This document shows positions 56,710 to 64,000 of a stretch of 64,000 nucleotides of DNA, piece by piece. A model generated the notes under the pieces. The model was not told the DNA's origin, ran no database searches, and saw nothing but the letters and a program-made list of their open reading frames with translations. Origin of the DNA: Eledone cirrhosa. Its lineage: Eukaryota. The position numbers and the translations under genes are program-made. The stretch lies in the NCBI GenBank assembly GCA_964016885.1, contig OZ024743.1, positions 378,785,419-378,849,418 on the forward strand, in the 5' to 3' direction. The number at the start of each line of letters is the position of its first letter. Position 1 is the first letter of the stretch.

Positions 56710-59700
56710 AGTTTTACACCCCACCACTACCCCAGTTTCTCTTACACTAGAGAGAGAGAGTTTTACACCCCACCACTACCCCAGTTTCTCTTACACTAGA
56801 GAGAGAGAGTTTTACACCCCACCACTACCCCAGTTTCTCTTACACTAGAGAGAGAGAGTTTTACACCCCACCACTACCCCAGTTTCTCTTACACTAGAGA
56901 GAGAGAGTTTTACACCCCACCACTACCCCAGTTTCTCTTACACTAGAAGAGAGAGTTTTACACCCCACCACTACCCCAGTTTCTCTTACACTAGAGAGAG
57001 AGAGTTTTACACCCCCACCACTCCCCCAGTTTCTCTTACACTAGAGAGAGAGTTTTACACCCCACCACTACCCCAGTTTCTCTTACACTAGAGAGAGAGA
57101 GTTTTACACCCCACCACTACCCCAGTTTCTCCTACACTAGAGAGAGACAGAGAGTTTTACACCCCACCACTACCCCAGTTTCTCCTACACTAGAGAGAGA
57201 CAGAGAGTTTTACACCCCACCACTACCCCAGTTTCTCCTACACTAGAGAGAGAGAGAGAGTTTTACACCCCACCACTACCCCAGTTTCTCCTACACTAGA
57301 GAGAGACAGAGAGTTTTACACCCCACCACTACCCCAGTTTCTCTTACACTAGAGAGAGAGAGTTTTACACCCCACCACTACCCCAGTTTCTCCTACACTA
57401 GAGAGAGACAGAGAGTTTTACACCCCACCACTACCCCAGTTTCTCCTACGCTAGAGAGAGACAGAGAGTTTTACACCCCACCACTACCCCAGTTTCTCTT
57501 ACACTAGAGAGAGAGAGTTTTACACCCCACCACTACCCCAGTTTCTCCTACACTAGAGAGAGACAGAGAGTTTTACACCCCACCACTACCCCAGTTTCTC
57601 TTACACTAGAGAGAGAGAGTTTTACACCCCACCACTACCCCAGTTTCTCTTACACTAGAGAGAGAGAGTTTTACACCCCACCACTACCCCAGTTTCTCTT
57701 ACACTAGAGAGAGAGAGTTTTACACCCCACCACTACCCCAGTTTCTCTTACACTAGAGAGAGAGAGTTTTACACCCCACCACTACCCCAGTTTCTCTTAC
57801 ACTAGAGAGAGAGAGTTTTACACCCCACCACTACCCCAATTTCTCTTACACTAGAGAGAGAGAGTTTTACACCCCACCACTACCCCAGTTTCTCTTACAC
57901 TAGAGAGAGAGAGTTTTACACCCCACCACTACCCCAGTTTCTCTTACACTAGAGAGAGAGAGTTTTACACCCCACCACTACCCCAGTTTCTCTTACACTA
58001 GAGAGAGAGAGTTTTACACCCTACCACTACCCCAGTTTCTCCTACACTAGAGAGAGACAGAGAGTTTTACACCCCACCACTACCCCAGTTTCTCCTACAC
58101 TAGAGAGAGACAGAGAGTTTTACACCCCACCACTACCCCAGTTTCTCCTACACTAGAGAGAGAGAGAGTTTTACACCCCACCACTACCCCAGTTTCTCCT
58201 ACACTAGAGAGAGACAGAGAGTTTTACACCCCACCACTACCCCAGTTTCTCTTACACTAGAGAGAGAGAGTTTTACACCCCACCACTACCCCAGTTTCTC
58301 TTACACTAGAGAGAGAGAGTTTTACACCCCACCACTACCCCAGTTTCTCTTACACTAGAGAGAGAGAGTTTTACACCCCACCACTACCCCAGTTTCTCTT
58401 ACACTAGAGAGAGAGAGTTTTACACCCCACCACTACCCCAGTTTCTCTTACACTAGAAGAGAGAGTTTTACACCCCACCACTACCCCAGTTTCTCTTACA
58501 CTAGAGAGAGAGAGTTTTACACCCCCACCACTCCCCCAGTTTCTCTTACACTAGAGAGAGAGTTTTACACCCCACCACTACCCCAGTTTCTCTTACACTA
58601 GAGAGAGAGAGTTTTACACCCCACCACTACCCCAGTTTCTCCTACACTAGAGAGAGACAGAGAGTTTTACACCCCACCACTACCCCAGTTTCTCCTACAC
58701 TAGAGAGAGACAGAGAGTTTTACACCCCACCACTACCCCAGTTTCTCCTACACTAGAGAGAGAGAGAGAGTTTTACACCCCACCACTACCCCAGTTTCTC
58801 CTACACTAGAGAGAGACAGAGAGTTTTACACCCCACCACTACCCCAGTTTCTCTTACACTAGAGAGAGAGAGTTTTACACCCCACCACTACCCCAGTTTC
58901 TCCTACACTAGAGAGAGACAGAGAGTTTTACACCCCACCACTACCCCAGTTTCTCCTACGCTAGAGAGAGACAGAGAGTTTTACACCCCACCACTACCCC
59001 AGTTTCTCTTACACTAGAGAGAGAGAGTTTTACACCCCACCACTACCCCAGTTTCTCCTACACTAGAGAGAGACAGAGAGTTTTACACCCCACCACTACC
59101 CCAGTTTCTCTTACACTAGAGAGAGAGAGTTTTACACCCCACCACTACCCCAGTTTCTCTTACACTAGAGAGAGAGAGTTTTACACCCCACCACTACCCC
59201 AGTTTCTCTTACACTAGAGAGAGAGAGTTTTACACCCCACCACTACCCCAGTTTCTCTTACACTAGAGAGAGAGAGTTTTACACCCCACCACTACCCCAG
59301 TTTCTCTTACACTAGAGAGAGAGAGTTTTACACCCCACCACTACCCCAATTTCTCTTACACTAGAGAGAGAGAGTTTTACACCCCACCACTACCCCAGTT
59401 TCTCTTACACTAGAGAGAGAGAGTTTTACACCCCACCACTACCCCAGTTTCTCTTACACTAGAGAGAGAGAGTTTTACACCCCACCACTACCCCAGTTTC
59501 TCTTACACTAGAGAGAGAGAGTTTTACACCCTACCACTACCCCAGTTTCTCCTACACTAGAGAGAGACAGAGAGTTTTACACCCCACCACTACCCCAGTT
59601 TCTCCTACACTAGAGAGAGACAGAGAGTTTTACACCCCACCACTACCCCAGTTTCTCCTACACTAGAGAGAGAGAGAGTTTTACACCCCACCACTACCCC

Positions 59701-59820
59701 AGTTTCTCCTACACTAGAGAGAGACAGAGAGTTTTACACCCCACCACTACCCCAGTTTCTCTTACACTAGAGAGAGAGAGTTTTACACCCCACCACTACC
59801 CCAGTTTCTCTTACACTAGA
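56710..59820. repeat. 1,510-bp tandem duplication, with a third copy at ~62350-63950
   Basis: CACTAGAAGA occurs at 56941/58451/62573, CTACCCCAAT at 57831/59341/~63464, and ACCCTACC at ~58018/59528. Confidence 0.88.
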
Positions 59821-61039
59821 GAGAGAGAGTTTTACACCCCACCACTACCCCAGTTTCTCCTACACTAGAGAGAGACAGAGAGTTTTACACCCCACCACTA
59901 CCCCAGTTTCTCCTACGCTAGAGAGAGACAGAGAGTTTTACACCCCACCACTACCCCAGTTTCTCTTACACTAGAGAGAGAGAGTTTTACACCCCACCAC
60001 TACCCCAGTTTCTCTTACACTAGAGAGAGAGAGTTTTAAACCCCACCACTACCCCAGTTTCTCTAACACTAGAGAGAGAGAGTTTTACACCCCACCACTA
60101 CCCCAGTTTCTCTTACACTAGAGAGAGAGAGTTTTACACCCCACCACTACCCAGTTTCTCCTACACTAGAGAGAGACAGAGAGTTTTACACCCCACCACT
60201 ACCCCAGTTTCTCCTACACTAGAGAGAGACAGAGAGTTTTACACCCCACCACTACCCCAGTTTCTCCTACACTAGAGAGAGAGAGTTTTACACCCCACCA
60301 CTACCCCAGTTTCTCTTACACTAGAGAGAGAGAGTTTTACACCCCACCACTACCCCAGTTTCTCTTACACTAGAGAGAGAGAGTTTTACACCCCACCACT
60401 ACCCAAGTTTCTCCTACACTAGAGAGAGACAGAGAGTTTTACACCCCACCACTACCCCAGTTTCTCCTACACTAGAGAGAGACAGAGAGTTTTACACCCC
60501 ACCACTACCCCAGTTTCTCTTACACTAGAGAGAGAGAGTTTTACACCCCACCACTACCCCAGTTTCTCTTACACTAGAGAGAGAGAGTTTTACACCCCAC
60601 CCCATACCCCAGTTTCTCCTACACTAGAGAGAGATAGTTTTACACCCCACCACTACCCCAGTTTCTCCTACACTAGAGAGAGAGAGTTTTACACCCCACC
60701 ACTACCCCAGTTTCTCTTACACTAGAGAGAGAGAGTTTTACACCCCACCACTACCCCAGTTTCTCCTACACTAGAGAGAGACAGAGAGTTTTACACCCCA
60801 CCACTACCCCAGTTTCTCCTACACTAGAGAGAGAGAGAGAGTTTTACACCCGACCACTACCCCAGTTTCTCCTACACTAGAGAGAGACAGAGAGTTTTAC
60901 ACCCCACCACTACCCCAGTTTCTCCTACACTAGAGACAGACAGAGAGTTTTACACCCCACCACTACCCCAGTTTCTCTTACACTAGAGAGAGAGAGTTTT
61001 ACACCCCACCACTACCCCAGTTTCTCTTACACTAGAGAG

Positions 61040-61545
61040 AGAGAGTTTTACACCCCACCACTATCCCAGTTTCTCTTACACTAGAGAGAGAGAGTTTTAC
61101 ACCCCCACCACTACCCCAGTTTCTCTTACACTAGAGAGAGAGAGTTTTACACCCCACCACTATCCCAGTTTCTCTTACACTAGAGAGAGAGAGTTTTACA
61201 CCCCACCACTACCCCAGTTTCTCCTACACTAGAGACAGAGAGAGTTTTACACCCCACCACTACCCCAGTTTCTCTTACACTAGAGAGAGAGAGTTTTACA
61301 CCCCACCACTATCCCAGTTTCTCTTACACTAGAGAGAGAGAGTTTTACACCCCCACCACTACCCCAGTTTCTCTTACACTAGAGAGAGAGAGTTTTACAC
61401 CCCACCACTATCCCAGTTTCTCTTACACTAGAGAGAGAGAGTTTTACACCCCACCACTACCCCAGTTTCTCCTACACTAGAGACAGAGAGAGTTTTACAC
61501 CCCACCACTACCCCAGTTTCTCCTACACTAGAGACAGAGAGAGTT
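61040..61545. repeat. 248-bp five-monomer higher-order repeat, about 2 copies
   Basis: TATCCC occurs at 61062/61310 and 61161/61409, with a 5-C monomer between each pair. Monomer lengths sum to 49+50+49+51+49 = 248. Confidence 0.8.
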
Positions 61546-64000
61546 TTACACCCCACCCCTACCCCAGTTTCTCTTACACTAGAGAGAGAGTTTTACACCC
61601 CACCACTACCCCAGTTTCTCCTACACTAGAGAGAGACAGAGAGTTTTACACCCCACCACTACCCCAGTTTCTCTTACACTAGAGAGAGAGAGTTTTACAC
61701 CCCACCCCATACCCCAGTTTCTCCTACACTAGAGAGAGACAGAGAGTTTTACACCCCACCACTACCCAAGTTTCTCTTACACTAGAGAGAGAGAGTTTTA
61801 CACCCCACCACTATCCCAGTTTCTCTTACACTAGAGAGAGAGAGTTTTACACCCCCACCACTACCCCAGTTTCTCTTACACTAGAGAGAGAGAGTTTTAC
61901 ACCCCACCACTACCCCAGTTTCTCCTACACTAGAGAGAGACAGAGAGTTTTACACCCCACCACAACCCCAGTTTCTCTTACACTAGAGAGAGAGAGTTTT
62001 ACACCCCACCACTACCCCAGTTTCTCTTACACTAGAGAGAGAGAGTTTTACACCCCACCACTACCGCAGTTTCTATTACACTAGAGAGAGAGAGTTTTAC
62101 ACCCCACCACTACCCCAGTTTCTCTTACACTAGAGAGAGAGAGTTTTACACCTCACCACTACCCCAGTTTCTCTTACACTAGAGAGAGAGAGTTTTACAC
62201 CCCACCACTACCCCAGTTTCTCTTACACTAGAGAGAGAGAGTTTTACACCCCACCACTACCCCAGTTTCTCTTACACTAGAGAGAGAGAGTTTTACACCC
62301 CACCACTACCCCAGTTTCTCCTACACTAGAGAGAGACAGAGAGTTTTACACCCCACCACTACCCCAGTTTCTCTTACACTAGAGAGAGAGAGTTTTACAC
62401 CCCACCACTACCCCAGTTTCTCTTACACTAGAGAGAGAGAGTTTTACACCCCACCACTACCCCAGTTTCTCTTACACTAGAGAGAGAGAGTTTTACACCC
62501 CACCACTACCCCAGTTTCTCTTACACTAGAGAGAGAGAGTTTTACACCCCACCACTACCCCAGTTTCTCTTACACTAGAAGAGAGAGTTTTACACCCCAC
62601 CACTACCCCAGTTTCTCTTACACTAGAGAGAGAGAGTTTTACACCCCCACCACTCCCCCAGTTTCTCTTACACTAGAGAGAGAGAGTTTTACACCCCACC
62701 ACTACCCCAGTTTCTCTTACACTAGAGAGAGAGAGTTTTACACCCCACCACTACCCCAGTTTCTCCTACACTAGAGAGAGACAGAGAGTTTTACACCCCA
62801 CCACTACCCCAGTTTCTCCTACACTAGAGAGAGACAGAGAGTTTTACACCCCACCACTACCCCAGTTTCTCCTACACTAGAGAGAGAAGAGAGTTTTACA
62901 CCCCACCACTACCCCAGTTTCTCCTACACTAGAGAGAGACAGAGAGTTTTACACCCCACCACTACCCCAGTTTCTCTTACACTAGAGAGAGAGAGTTTTA
63001 CACCCCACCACTACCCCAGTTTCTCCTACACTAGAGAGAGACAGAGAGTTTTACACCCCACCACTACCCCAGTTTCTCCTACGCTAGAGAGAGACAGAGA
63101 GTTTTACACCCCACCACTACCCCAGTTTCTCTTACACTAGAGAGAGAGAGTTTTACACCCCACCACTACCCCAGTTTCTCCTACACTAGAGAGAGACAGA
63201 GAGTTTTACACCCCACCACTACCCCAGTTTCTCTTACACTAGAGAGAGAGAGTTTTACACCCCACCACTACCCCAGTTTCTCTTACACTAGAGAGAGAGA
63301 GTTTTACACCCCACCACTACCCCAGTTTCTCTTACACTAGAGAGAGAGAGTTTTACACCCCACCACTACCCCAGTTTCTCTTACACTAGAGAGAGAGAGT
63401 TTTACACCCCACCACTACCCCAGTTTCTCTTACACTAGAGAGAGAGAGTTTTACACCCCACCACTACCCCAATTTCTCTTACACTAGAGAGAGAGAGTTT
63501 TACACCCCACCACTACCCCAGTTTCTCTTACACTAGAGAGAGAGAGTTTTACACCCCACCACTACCCCAGTTTCTCTTACACTAGAGAGAGAGAGTTTTA
63601 CACCCCACCACTACCCCAGTTTCTCTTACACTAGAGAGAGAGAGTTTTACACCCCACCACTACCCCAGTTTCTCCTACACTAGAGAGAGACAGAGAGTTT
63701 TACACCCCACCACTACCCCAGTTTTCTCCTACACTAGAGAGAGACAGAGAGTTTTACACCCCACCACTACCCAGTTCTCCTACACTAGAGAGAGAGAGTT
63801 TTACACCCCACCACTACCCCAGTTTCTCTACACTAGAGAGAGACAAGAGTTTTACACCCCACCACTACCCCAGTTTCTCTTACACTAGAGAGAGAGAGTT
63901 TTACACCCCACCACTACCCCAGTTTCTCTTACACTAGAGAGAGAAGTTTTACACCCCACCACTACCCCAGTTTTCTCCTACACTAGAGAGAGACAGAGAG

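Larger units (their letters stand above)
1..64000. repeat. Tandem satellite/minisatellite array, monomer TTTTACACCCCACCACTACCCCAGTTTCTCCTACACT(AG)n, mostly 47-53 bp; runs off both window edges
   Basis: The same 37-bp core followed by an AG dinucleotide tract recurs from the first base to the last. I saw no unique spacer, insertion or inversion. Core composition on the + strand is 17 C, 11 T, 8 A, 1 G, and the consensus has no CpG. Confidence 0.99.
52140..64000. repeat. Domain D: homogenised two-monomer subarray, 49-bp CTCTTA-(AG)6 and 53-bp CTCCTA-(AG)4AC(AG)3
   Basis: The CTCTTA variant is first seen at ~52255 and then dominates. The markers of domains A-C largely vanish. Confidence 0.9.

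Noticed and set aside
1-64000. CRISPR-like look: ~37-bp repeat preceded by G (GTTTT...), with a small hairpin and an ACTACCCCA stretch reminiscent of some type VI repeats
   Set aside because: The intervening sequence is only 10-16 bp of (AG)n, not unique spacers. There is no leader and no cas gene.
1-64000. Telomeric repeat array, suggested by the C-rich/G-rich strand asymmetry
   Set aside because: There is no short telomerase-type unit such as TTAGGG, TTAGG or TTTAGGG. The monomer-level SNP and HOR structure indicates recombinational amplification. A subtelomeric location cannot be excluded.
1-64000. Phase-variable contingency locus or programmed-frameshift giant repeat protein driven by the (AG)n tracts
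   Set aside because: There is no promoter, start context or non-repetitive coding domain in the window. Hundreds of frame-breaking tracts in series could not yield a protein.
1-64000. Purely artefactual concatemer (rolling-circle or PCR product)
   Set aside because: Hierarchically shared variants and distinct domains imply a real mutational history. Exact copy numbers of the large blocks could still be assembly-dependent.
1-64000. Hidden unique insert, inversion, transposon remnant or RNA gene
   Set aside because: None seen on reading through. All deviations are substitutions or indels of a few bases within recognisable monomers in the same orientation. A very short insert could have been missed by eye.

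Overview
The whole 64 kb window is one uninterrupted head-to-tail tandem array (satellite/minisatellite). By length it holds roughly 1,250-1,300 copies of the monomer TTTTACACCCCACCACTACCCCAGTTTCTCCTACACT(AG)n: a 37-bp core plus n = mostly 5-8 AG, giving 47/49/51/53-bp units, all in the same orientation. I see no unique sequence, credible gene, RNA gene, transposon or CRISPR array; every ORF in the track is a translation of the repeat. It looks like eukaryotic satellite DNA (inference; I cannot name the organism or family). The real information lies in the variant monomers. They divide the array into about four domains and reveal nested higher-order repeats: ~2.5-3.0 kb and 5,539 bp on the left, an 8.9/9.4 kb tandem duplication with a chimeric junction monomer, and 1,521, 2,141, 1,510 and 248 bp periods further right. 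I found no support for a novel gene-based system; the most notable observations concern array evolution and possible non-B DNA structure.
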